Source of the DNA: an uncultured Candidatus Marinamargulisbacteria bacterium
GTDB taxonomy: Bacteria > Margulisbacteria > Riflemargulisbacteria > GWF2-35-9 > DYQY01
Direction of reading: 5' to 3'
NCBI GenBank assembly: GCA_964429235.1
Contig: CAYSAQ010000002.1
Location: forward strand, 139,571-203,570
DNA length: 64,000 nucleotides
The notes below the pieces were generated by a model. The model did no database searches. It was given only the letters and a program-made list of their open reading frames with translations, and was not told the DNA's origin. Below are positions 41,062 through 48,892 of the stretch, piece after piece; within the stretch, counting starts at the first letter, position 1; each line of letters starts with the position of its first letter. Made by a program: the position numbers and the translations under genes.

Positions 41062-41261
41062 CAAAAGACGAAAAACTGCAGCTTGAAGCTGCGATGGCGG
41101 AACTTAAGCAGGGTATTAAAGACGCAAAACCAAAGATAATTAAAATAAAAGATAAAATTAAGAATAAAGAAGATGTTTCTGATGAAGAGAAACAAGCACT
41201 TTTAAAATTTAAGAGAACAATGGAGCTTATTCAATCGATGCGCGATCAAGGCATGATATAA
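41049..41261 (+). CDS. Small hypothetical charged coiled-coil protein, 70 aa.
   Basis: ORF overlapping the lepB end. No recognisable domain. Confidence 0.35.
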   Translation: MEELTKDEKLQLEAAMAELKQGIKDAKPKIIKIKDKIKNKEDVSDEEKQALLKFKRTMELIQSMRDQGMI

Positions 41262-41286
41262 TAAATTTTTAAAAATCAAAAAAAAT

Positions 41287-41363
41287 GCGCCTGTAGCTCA
41301 GCTGGATAGAGCGCCTGTCTACGGAACAGGAGGCCGGGAGTTCGAATCTCTCCAGGCGCACCA
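41287..41363 (+). tRNA. tRNA-Arg (anticodon ACG) with encoded CCA.
   Basis: Cloverleaf read by hand. Acceptor GCGCCTG/CAGGCGC. D-arm GCTCAGCTGGATAGAGC. Anticodon stem CCTGT/ACAGG with loop CTACGGA. T-arm GGGAG TTCGAAT CTCTC. 3' ACCA. Confidence 0.9.
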
Positions 41364-41510
41364 CATTCAAATATTTATAATAATTATTACAGGTAGTAAG
41401 TATTAAAAAACATAATTACTCGAGATGAGAATTCCCGGAGGGAGTTCAGAAATAACTCCGCTTAATGAGGTACGAGTTTAGCGGTTATCCTAGAAGCCGA
41501 AGGCAAGAGT

Positions 41511-41529
41511 ATCTCTCCAGGCGCACCAC
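41511..41529 (+). repeat. 19-nt direct repeat of the tRNA-Arg 3' end (ATCTCTCCAGGCGCACCAC). The first copy is at 41346..41364.
   Basis: Exact match read from the sequence. Resembles an att-site-like partial tRNA duplication. Confidence 0.85.
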
Positions 41530-41542
41530 TAATTAATAAAAA

Positions 41543-41572
41543 AGCCACCCCGAAAGGGGTGGCTTTATGTTT
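41543..41572. terminator. Bidirectional rho-independent terminator between tRNA-Arg and the clpC-like gene.
   Basis: AGCCACCCC-GAAA-GGGGTGGCT stem-loop flanked by an A-run upstream and TTATGTTT downstream. This gives a T-run on both strands. Confidence 0.75.
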
Positions 41573-41586
41573 ATAGGCAAGTAGTT

Positions 41587-43869
41587 TTATTTCTTAGTAT
41601 AAGTAAGTTTGTCGTCTTTTAAACCAACAGAAATAGAAGAGCCAGGATTAAGGTCTCTATCTATTAAAAGATCAGAAATTGGATCTTCTATATATTCCTG
41701 AATTGCTTTTCTGACAGGTCTAGCACCCTTGTTGGGCTCAAAGGATTTGTCGATAATCCATCTTCTAGCTTTGGCTGATATTTTGATAGTCACTTCTTTG
41801 CTTTTGATTCTATTGTTAATATCATCAATAAATTTTTGTGCGATTTCTTCTAAGTTATCTTTAGTAAGAGATTGAAAAACAACGACATCATCTACACGAT
41901 TAATGAATTCTGGCCTAAAGGCTTCTTTAATATCTGCCATTATCTTTTCTTTCATTCTTTCGTAATCTGCTTTGTCGGAGTGGTTGGTTTTAAACCCAAA
42001 AGTAGTATTGTTTTCAATAGTTTTAGCACCAACATTGGAAGTCATTAGGACTATAGTATTTTTGAAATCTACAACCTTACCAGTAGAGTCGGTTAGTCTT
42101 CCATCTTCCATTACTTGGAGAAGAAGGTTTAATACTTCTGGATGTGCCTTTTCTACTTCATCAAATAGAACAATAGAGAAAGGTTTTTGTCTTACCGGCT
42201 CGGTTAAGAGGCCGCCTTCATTGTATCCAACATATCCCGGAGGTGAGCCAACTAATCTTGATGTTGTGTGTTTTTCTGTATATTCACTCATATCAATTCT
42301 TACAATGGCTTCTTCTTTACCAAATAGATAGATAGCAAGCTGCTTTGCTAATTCTGTTTTTCCTACACCACTTGGGCCAAGAAACATAAAAGATCCAGTA
42401 GGTCTTTTGGGATCTTTTAGACCAGCTTTTGATCTTTTGATAGCTTTAGAAAGCGCAACGACTGCCTCGTCTTGTCCGATTACCTTGCTAGAAAGGGTAG
42501 TGGCCATAGTTTTAAGCCTATCTGCTTCTGAAGTTGATAATTCTTGTAACGGAATGCCTGTCCAAGTAGCAATTACATTAATTATAGAATTTGTATCTAC
42601 TGTTACAATTACTTCTTCACCTTCTTTTTTAATCTTTTTTGTTGCCTCAAGCATTTCAGTTGAAGCTGCTTCATCAATAAGGTCTATAGCTTTATCAGGA
42701 AGCTGCCTATTGGTTATGTACCGAATAGAGTATTGCACCGCGCTTTCTAGTGCTTCATCTGTAATTTTTACTTTGTGAAAATCTTCATATTTAGATCTAA
42801 TCCCCGTAAGAATATTTAAAGTGTCTTCTTCTGAAGGAGGATCAATAAAGATAGATTGAAATCTTCTTTCTAGTGCAGCATCATTTTCAATAGATTTCCT
42901 ATATTCTGAGATTGTTGTTGCACCTATACATTGAATTTCACCTCTTGCTAAAGAAGGCTTCATCATATTAGCGGCATCTAAAGAGCCTTCAGAATTTCCA
43001 GTGCCAATTATTGTGTGAATTTCATCAATAAATAGAATGGTTGTTTTGTCGTTTTTAATTTCTTCTATAATTTTTTTAACTCTTTCTTCAAACTCACCTC
43101 TGAACCTAGTTCCAGCCACTAACAATCCAAGGTCTAGGGTGATAACTCTTTTGTTTAATAGGATTGGCGGCACATCTTCAGCAATAATCAGCTGAGCCAG
43201 TCCCTCAATAATTGCTGTTTTACCAACACCGGCTTCACCTGTTAAGACTGGATTGTTCTTTGTTCTTCTGCTTAGAATTTGCATTATTCTTTTTATTTCA
43301 TTACTTCTGCCAATTACTGGATCCAGTTTGCCTTCTTTGGCTAGTTTAGTAAGATCTAAACCATAGATATCTAAAGTAGGAGTTTTTTCTGATTCTTCTT
43401 TTGTTCCTAGTTCACTTTCCACGTCTTTGTAATTCTCGCTTAATAACGAAAGAATTTCACTCTTAACTTTAGCAGGGTCTAGGTTTGCCTCTGCCAAGAT
43501 TGTTGTGATGCCTGGAGACGAGTCCTTAAGTATAGATAAGAACAAATGCTCTATAGCAACATTGTTATGACCTAGTTGTCTTGCTTCATCCCAAGCTTGT
43601 GACAATAGATTTTTTACTTGTGGAGAAAAAGGAATCGTGTCGTTTTTATAACTACTTTTGAATTCCTGTAAGTGTTTTTGTATTACGCCTCTTAAAATAT
43701 TAATATCAAGACTTAAATTATTTAATGATTGGATTACAACAGATTCTTCTATCTTTAATATCCCATAAAAAATAAGCTCATTATTAATGAAAGGTATTTG
43801 TATTTTTTTTGCTTTTTCTTGAGCATGCATAATAACCTGGATTGCTTCTTGAGTGAATTTTGAAAACAT
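41587..43869 (-). CDS. clpC: Clp/Hsp100-family AAA+ ATPase (ClpC/ClpA-like) with an N-terminal Clp_N repeat and two nucleotide-binding domains.
   Basis: Walker A motifs [10 protein letters not shown] and [12 protein letters not shown]. Clp_N-like N-terminus. 760 aa. Confidence 0.8.
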   Translation of the reverse strand: MFSKFTQEAIQVIMHAQEKAKKIQIPFINNELIFYGILKIEESVVIQSLNNLSLDINILRGVIQKHLQEFKSSYKNDTIPFSPQVKNLLSQAWDEARQLGHNNVAIEHLFLSILKDSSPGITTILAEANLDPAKVKSEILSLLSENYKDVESELGTKEESEKTPTLDIYGLDLTKLAKEGKLDPVIGRSNEIKRIMQILSRRTKNNPVLTGEAGVGKTAIIEGLAQLIIAEDVPPILLNKRVITLDLGLLVAGTRFRGEFEERVKKIIEEIKNDKTTILFIDEIHTIIGTGNSEGSLDAANMMKPSLARGEIQCIGATTISEYRKSIENDAALERRFQSIFIDPPSEEDTLNILTGIRSKYEDFHKVKITDEALESAVQYSIRYITNRQLPDKAIDLIDEAASTEMLEATKKIKKEGEEVIVTVDTNSIINVIATWTGIPLQELSTSEADRLKTMATTLSSKVIGQDEAVVALSKAIKRSKAGLKDPKRPTGSFMFLGPSGVGKTELAKQLAIYLFGKEEAIVRIDMSEYTEKHTTSRLVGSPPGYVGYNEGGLLTEPVRQKPFSIVLFDEVEKAHPEVLNLLLQVMEDGRLTDSTGKVVDFKNTIVLMTSNVGAKTIENNTTFGFKTNHSDKADYERMKEKIMADIKEAFRPEFINRVDDVVVFQSLTKDNLEEIAQKFIDDINNRIKSKEVTIKISAKARRWIIDKSFEPNKGARPVRKAIQEYIEDPISDLLIDRDLNPGSSISVGLKDDKLTYTKK

Positions 43870-44053
43870 ATAGATCCTCGCCCCTAAAATAGATTTTGTT
43901 TAATATTACAAAATCAACAGGTAAAATGCAAGGGAAATCCAAAGATAGCTTGAATTGTAGCTATTTTTTAAATAATGCGTCTGCATTCCTTGACTTTTGA
44001 ATTAATAATGAGTATAGTCCAAGTATAGCTTGAAAAAGAAGGAGGTGAACCGT

Positions 44054-44326
44054 ATGAATAAAGGACAATTAATTGATTCAGTTTCAAATGATACTGGTTT
44101 AAAAAAATCAGAAATTTCTAAGGCACTAGATTCTATTCTTGATAATGTACAGGGTGCATTACAAAGTGGAAGTGACGTATCTCTAGTAGGATTCGGAACT
44201 TGGAAGAAAAAAACAAGAGCAGCAAGATCAGGGAGAAATCCTCAGACTGGTGCAACAATTCAGATCCCAGCTAAAAACACAGTTTCTTTTAGCGCAGGAA
44301 AAAAACTTAAAGACGCAGTTAACTAA
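44054..44326 (+). CDS. hup: HU-family DNA-binding protein. The start is placed at the ATG after GGAGGTG, inside the longer ORF-track ORF.
   Basis: MNKGQLIDSVS...GFGTW...RNPQTGA..I.IPA HU/IHF signature. The RBS GGAGGTGAAC lies 5 nt upstream. Confidence 0.85.
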   Translation: MNKGQLIDSVSNDTGLKKSEISKALDSILDNVQGALQSGSDVSLVGFGTWKKKTRAARSGRNPQTGATIQIPAKNTVSFSAGKKLKDAVN

Positions 44327-44477
44327 AATTAATAGCGTTAATCAATACCCCTCCATGAGGGGTATTTGTTTAGATAGATACTTACGTGAGAATTATTTTA
44401 ATAAAAAAGTTGACGAGAGGAAAGAAAGTCAATATGATAGAAGTAAGCCGGCAAAAAAACAAAAAAAGGAGGATAAA

Positions 44478-44819
44478 ATGAGTGGATATAATCATGTAAC
44501 ATTGGTAGGCAATCTTGTAAAAGATCCAGAAACAAAAAAAATTGGAAAACAAAGCAAAACGGATTTCACAATTGCAGTAGAACGCTATGCTGGAAAAGAT
44601 AAAGATCCAGAGGTGGATTTTTTTAATGTTGTGAGCTGGGGAAAACTAGCTGATATTTGTGGAGAGTATCTAAAAAAAGGTAAAAAGGTTTTAGTTGATG
44701 GCAGGATTCAGATTAGATCCTATGAGATAGAAAAGCAAAGAAAATGGATTACTGAGGTTATTGCTGAGAATTTAAAGTTTCTAACAGCAAAACAGCCCGC
44801 AACTACTGTTGCTAAGTAA
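44478..44819 (+). CDS. ssb: Single-stranded DNA-binding protein, short form lacking the acidic C-terminal tail. The start is at the ATG after AGGAGG.
   Basis: VTLVGNLVKDPE...DFFNVVSWGKLADICGEYLKKGKKVLVDGRIQIRSYE matches the SSB OB-fold. Ends ...ATTVAK with no DDDIPF-type tail. Confidence 0.7.
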   Translation: MSGYNHVTLVGNLVKDPETKKIGKQSKTDFTIAVERYAGKDKDPEVDFFNVVSWGKLADICGEYLKKGKKVLVDGRIQIRSYEIEKQRKWITEVIAENLKFLTAKQPATTVAK

Positions 44820-44838
44820 TATCTATGCTAATATGTAA

Positions 44839-44878
44839 GCAAGAGGGTAGTTTTGCTACCTTTTTGCTTGCTTTTTTA
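44839..44878 (+). terminator. Rho-independent terminator after ssb.
   Basis: GCAAGAGGGTAG-TTTT-GCTACC...GCTTGC hairpin followed by TTTTTTAA. Confidence 0.65.
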
Positions 44879-44958
44879 ATGCTGAGATTCATTGTTTTAT
44901 CAATAATGGCCATGTTATACTCAGTATAAAATTATGTATAGAATTATGAGGGTTTAAA

Positions 44959-46605
44959 GTGAATACAGCAAAAAAAATCTTGCTATTGGGGTTAATATTC
45001 TTCACTTTTTGTGGGTCTGTTAATGCTCAGACTTTATTAGAAGATCAGAGACACATAGAGCTAACAGTGCAGACAGCGCTTGATAGAATCCTGGGTCAAG
45101 GCAATTCTATAGTTTATATTTCATTAGTTGGAGAATCTGAAAAGTGGGAAATTAATTATACAGCTGTTCCTGAAATTGCTGGTGTTGATATGGAGAGTAT
45201 GGGTGGCGGCGGAGGTCAGCAGACGGTAGTTCCTGGTATCCCTTCTTTGCGTTTTTTAACTAAAGGCGGAGGTTCCGAGGGAATTCCTTTAAATTATGAA
45301 ATAGTGCAACGTCCACCTATTGTAAACAATAAAGAAGTTGTCCTTATATTAGATAAAAAGATAAAAATGGGTGAGCTTAGGTCTGCAAAAGTATTCATTA
45401 CGAAGTTTTTAGGGCTGGATGAAAATAATGGAGACACATTAACAATATTAAAAGAAAGTTTCTCTACAATACAAAAAGCAGGGAAATCAGCATCAAGTGT
45501 TACGACAAAGAAAAAAAGTAACTTTACTCCAATCATTATAATAGCCTCTATTGTTTTACTTTTATTAATAATTGGAATAGTCCTTATGAAGTTATTGCCA
45601 GGTAAGGATAAAAAAGATGGCACCGGGTTAGGCGGAGGAGAAGAAGAAGATTCAGCAGCTGCAGCTGCAGCAGCGGCAGCAGGTTCAGGAGCTGGAGCTG
45701 CTGCAGCTGCAGCTGGTGGAAGTTCGGGCAGTGGTGAAGGTGGAGCAGATCCTGGAGCCGGCGGAGCTGGAAGTGAAGGCGGAGCATTAGGAGCCGGCGG
45801 AGCTAAAATGTCAGATGCAGAAAAGAAGAAGAGAGCCGAAGAATTAAAGAAGCAGGTTGAGGATGATTCCCGCAAGAAAGAAGAAGAAGCGAAACTCCTA
45901 GATATGCAAAAAGGTATTTTAGGAAATGGTGAAAGATATTTTAATTTTATAGATGAGGAAAACATTTATAAATTAAAATTTTTACTACAAGTAAAAATAG
46001 CTCTTCAGCAAGCAACACCTAGAACAATTGGCGTTGTTATGGCTTGCTTACCATTTAAACTAGCTGCTTCAATTTTGGTTGAATATCCAGCGAAGATACA
46101 AGCGGAAATAGTTAATAATATTATTTTTTTACAGCACTATCCTGAAACAGAGATGTCTGAGTTGGAAAAAGAAATAGAAGAAAACATAAGCTATTTATTT
46201 GGTGGCAAGAATAGACTTAAGTTAATAATAGAAAGAATACCAGGAGATGCTAAGAAGAGAATATTAGAAATCATTTCTAGCAAATACCCAGGAATAGCTA
46301 ATGAGGTTAATTCGTTAATATTCTTGTTTGAAGACTTGTTGATATTAGGAGAAGATGTTCTGACAAGAATTTTTGGAGACATTGATACAGAAGTTATTGC
46401 TACAGCACTTGTACATATTGATTCAGATCTTCAGAAGAAAGTGGTTAATACTTTAGCAAAAGGTGTTCAAGCGATGGTTGATCAATGGCTAGCACTTAAA
46501 GCAAATACAGCATCTAAGTTTGATATTGAAGAAGCAAGGCAGAAAGTCTTGAACTACGCTCAACATTTAGAGCGAGAAGGGTTTATTGAGCTGAAAAATG
46601 GTTGA
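44959..46605 (+). CDS. Membrane protein made of a FliF/YscJ-like ring-building motif, a TM segment, a Gly/Ala linker and a cytoplasmic FliG-like domain. It has FliF-FliG fusion-like topology. GTG start.
   Basis: Signal/TM N-terminus (cleavage-like VNA/QT). The periplasmic segment ALDRILGQGNSIVYISLVGESEKWEINYTAVP and ...LRSAKVFITKF... resembles FliF RBM blocks (RIEAILSPIVGNGNV..., KSARVHLAMP). TM IIIIASIVLLLLIIGIVLM. The C-terminus ...FEDLLILGEDVLTRIF...LAKGVQAMVDQ...DIEEARQKVLNYAQHLEREGFIE matches the FliG C-terminal consensus (EEAQQKIVNIVRRLEEAGEI). Confidence 0.55.
   Translation: MNTAKKILLLGLIFFTFCGSVNAQTLLEDQRHIELTVQTALDRILGQGNSIVYISLVGESEKWEINYTAVPEIAGVDMESMGGGGGQQTVVPGIPSLRFLTKGGGSEGIPLNYEIVQRPPIVNNKEVVLILDKKIKMGELRSAKVFITKFLGLDENNGDTLTILKESFSTIQKAGKSASSVTTKKKSNFTPIIIIASIVLLLLIIGIVLMKLLPGKDKKDGTGLGGGEEEDSAAAAAAAAAGSGAGAAAAAAGGSSGSGEGGADPGAGGAGSEGGALGAGGAKMSDAEKKKRAEELKKQVEDDSRKKEEEAKLLDMQKGILGNGERYFNFIDEENIYKLKFLLQVKIALQQATPRTIGVVMACLPFKLAASILVEYPAKIQAEIVNNIIFLQHYPETEMSELEKEIEENISYLFGGKNRLKLIIERIPGDAKKRILEIISSKYPGIANEVNSLIFLFEDLLILGEDVLTRIFGDIDTEVIATALVHIDSDLQKKVVNTLAKGVQAMVDQWLALKANTASKFDIEEARQKVLNYAQHLEREGFIELKNG
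45631..45810 (+). repeat. GC-rich simple-sequence tract (GCAGCT/GGAGC units) encoding a poly-Ala/Gly linker.
   Basis: gcagctgcagctgcagcagcggcagcagg... read directly. It stands out against the AT-rich background. Confidence 0.8.
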
Positions 46606-47359
46606 TAAAGAAAATATAAAGAATTTAGCAAGTACCGAGGTAGTTGATATTGATAAAGTAAAAGGTGAGTTTTTTGCTTATATAAATAAGGAAAATGCTT
46701 ATCATACTGCCCATGTATTAAAAAAGATTATAAAATCCAAGTCAGAAAATATTAAATACCTATATTTAGTTATTTTTTCAGCTGACCCAGAGATAGCCGA
46801 GAGAATAATGGATGAATTTGAAGATGACATGAAGGCTCAGATAATTGCAGAAATGATGTCACTAATACAATTTACAAAAAAAGAAATAGAGCAGTTTGAT
46901 AAAATATTAAGGAAATTACTAACAGAACAATTTGGCGGAAGATATGTTTTATCAAAGATAGTTGAATATTTAGATATAGATCAAAAAACGAATCTAAATG
47001 ATACAGTTGCTTCAAGATATCCCGATACGTCTGCGGCATTTAGAAAAATTATGCTGTTCTTTGAAGACCTTTTCAATGTTTCGGATAAGGATTTTGTTAG
47101 AATTTTTTCTGAAGTACCAACAGACGTATTATCAATAGCTTTTTGTCAGTTATCAGAGGATAAGATCGAAAAGCTTTACGGAGTTATTCCTAAGGGAGTA
47201 AAGAATATGGTTCAGCAAGGGATAGAGTTTGGTAAGAATAAATATTCCAAAACAGAAATAAAGAAAGCTCAACAGTATGTAATTGAGTATTCTAGAAATC
47301 TCGAAAGAGACGGATTTATTGAGTCTATTCTAGGGGAAGAAGTAGGCAAGGATAGTTAA
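46598..47359 (+). CDS. Short cytoplasmic FliG-like protein (ARM-like N/M repeat plus FliG C-terminal domain).
   Basis: PEIAERIMDEFEDDMKAQIIAEMM resembles a FliG-N/MgtE_N repeat. The C-terminus FEDLFNVSDKDFVRIFSEVPTDVLSIAFCQLSEDKIEKLYGVIPKGVKNMVQQ...KTEIKKAQQYVIEYSRNLERDGFIE matches FliG_C. 8-nt overlap with the upstream gene. Confidence 0.55.
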   Translation: MVDKENIKNLASTEVVDIDKVKGEFFAYINKENAYHTAHVLKKIIKSKSENIKYLYLVIFSADPEIAERIMDEFEDDMKAQIIAEMMSLIQFTKKEIEQFDKILRKLLTEQFGGRYVLSKIVEYLDIDQKTNLNDTVASRYPDTSAAFRKIMLFFEDLFNVSDKDFVRIFSEVPTDVLSIAFCQLSEDKIEKLYGVIPKGVKNMVQQGIEFGKNKYSKTEIKKAQQYVIEYSRNLERDGFIESILGEEVGKDS

Positions 47360-47384
47360 GTAACTTTAGATTGGGGGAATCTGA

Positions 47385-48173
47385 ATGGAAATATTAGTTT
47401 TTGTTGGACTTATTAGTGTTTTTGTAGTTCTTACATTAGCAGTTCCTGACGTATTCATCAATCCCGCAGCATATTTTCAGGCACCAGCCGGAATAATGGT
47501 AATTGGTGGTGTAGCGTCACTGTTTATGATTGGTTCTACCTGGGATGACATTAAAGGTGTTTTCGCTGCTGTTAAAACCTTGTTCAAAAAAGATAAAATT
47601 CCTACACATATTGAAATAGCAGATAAGCTAGTAGAGTTATCAGTACTTTCTCAGAAAGAAGGTCGTCGTGCCTTAGAAGATGCTGGAGAAGGTTTTGATG
47701 ACGGATTTTTGAACAACGGGTTACAAATGATTGTAAACAAGTTGCATCAGGATTTTATTAGAGTTGTGCTTGAAAACGAGATACAAGAGATAGACTCTAG
47801 GCATATGAAGAACATAGACGGAATACACTTTATGGGAACAATTGCACCACTAACAGGTATGTTTGGAACAATTGTTGGTATAGTCCAGGTATTACAGAAT
47901 ATGACAGACCCAAAGAATGTAGGCCCAGCTATGGCACTAGCATTATTAACAACACTATATGGTGTATTTGTTTCAGGATTTATCATGCAGCCGATAGCAA
48001 AGAGACTGGCTAATAAAAATGATCATGAACTTCTTAGTAAAACGATTATGATTGAGGGATTAATAATGATTGCAAAAGGCGAAATCCCTATAAAGGTAGA
48101 AACATATTTAAGAGGATTTTTGTCTAATAAAGCTAAGAAAGAGAAAAACCAAGAGAGCGAAGCTAAGGGGTAG
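47385..48173 (+). CDS. motA: MotA/PomA-family stator ion-channel protein.
   Basis: Four TM segments with a long cytoplasmic loop between TM2 and TM3. HFMGTIAPLTGMFGTIVGIVQ...GPAMALALLTTLYGVFVSGFIMQPIAKRL is the MotA_ExbB signature. Confidence 0.75.
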   Translation: MEILVFVGLISVFVVLTLAVPDVFINPAAYFQAPAGIMVIGGVASLFMIGSTWDDIKGVFAAVKTLFKKDKIPTHIEIADKLVELSVLSQKEGRRALEDAGEGFDDGFLNNGLQMIVNKLHQDFIRVVLENEIQEIDSRHMKNIDGIHFMGTIAPLTGMFGTIVGIVQVLQNMTDPKNVGPAMALALLTTLYGVFVSGFIMQPIAKRLANKNDHELLSKTIMIEGLIMIAKGEIPIKVETYLRGFLSNKAKKEKNQESEAKG

Positions 48174-48178
48174 TAGTT

Positions 48179-48880
48179 ATGCCCAAATTAAGACGCAAGA
48201 AATCAAGAAGTGGTGGAGATGGTAATTTCTTTACTATATGGGCGGATTTTAATTCTTTTTTAATGATTCTTTTTTTATTGCTTTATACGTTTGTTATGAA
48301 CAATGTTTCTGAGTCTGAACAGCAACAAGTATTTGAGTCTATCCGAGTTTCTTTGCAAGGACAACAACTACAACCACTGATTGATAAAGAAAAACCAAGT
48401 GAAGAGAGAATGAATGTAGTAGATAAGGTTAAACAATATATTCAGGATCAAAAATTAAGCGATTTTTTGAATGTAATGGTAGAAGAAAGCAAGGTAAGGA
48501 TTATTTTGGCTCAGCCTATATTGTTTGATACTGCAGAAGCAGAGTTGAAGCCGGAAGCAATGGATATTTTGAGGGATATTGGAAATATATTAAAAAAAAC
48601 CGATAATAAAATTGTGGTAGAAGGGCATACTGATAATGTACCGATTAGAAATGCAAAATATGAATCGAATTGGGACCTTTCTTTTGATAGAGCCTATTCA
48701 GTTATTAAGTACTTTATAGAGAAAGTGGAAATATCGCCAATAAGGATACATGCGATTGGTTATGGCGAGTATAGACCGATGATGCCTAATGATTCGGATG
48801 AGAATAGAGCGGCAAATAGGCGTATTGAAATTAATATTATGTTGCAAGAAGTTTTTGTTAACAATGTTTTAGGTGGATAA
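48179..48880 (+). CDS. motB: MotB-family stator protein with a C-terminal OmpA-like peptidoglycan-binding domain.
   Basis: The TM segment FFTIWADFNSFLMILFLLL carries the conserved channel Asp. C-terminal VEGHTDNVPI...SNWDLSFDRAYSVIKY...ANRRIEI is the OmpA_C signature. Confidence 0.75.
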   Translation: MPKLRRKKSRSGGDGNFFTIWADFNSFLMILFLLLYTFVMNNVSESEQQQVFESIRVSLQGQQLQPLIDKEKPSEERMNVVDKVKQYIQDQKLSDFLNVMVEESKVRIILAQPILFDTAEAELKPEAMDILRDIGNILKKTDNKIVVEGHTDNVPIRNAKYESNWDLSFDRAYSVIKYFIEKVEISPIRIHAIGYGEYRPMMPNDSDENRAANRRIEINIMLQEVFVNNVLGG

Positions 48881-48892
48881 TCTGGGGGATAA

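Noticed and set aside
41395-41530. Possible second tRNA, SRP RNA or other structured RNA between tRNA-Arg and the terminator.
   Set aside because: No complementary 5' acceptor strand (GCGCCTG) exists for the duplicated 3' end. No SRP helix-8 AGCAGCC/GGAA motif is present. The partial tRNA duplicate explains the similarity better.
44030-44477. The ORF-track longer forms of hup (start 44030) and ssb (start 44250).
   Set aside because: Strong RBS-ATG pairs (GGAGGTGAACCGT-ATG at 44054 and AGGAGGATAAA-ATG at 44478) coincide with the canonical N-termini of HU and SSB. The upstream extensions are low-complexity read-through of the intergenic region.
45294-45965. A 223-aa minus-strand ORF rich in Pro/Ala/Ser antisense to the rotor-like gene. 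The same applies to many other antisense ORFs in the track, for example 3318..3809, 8353..8893, 13061..13472, 50512..50766 and 54667..55101.
   Set aside because: They lie entirely within well-supported genes on the opposite strand. Their low-complexity composition mirrors the sense-strand GC-rich repeat or codon bias. No start or RBS context is present.
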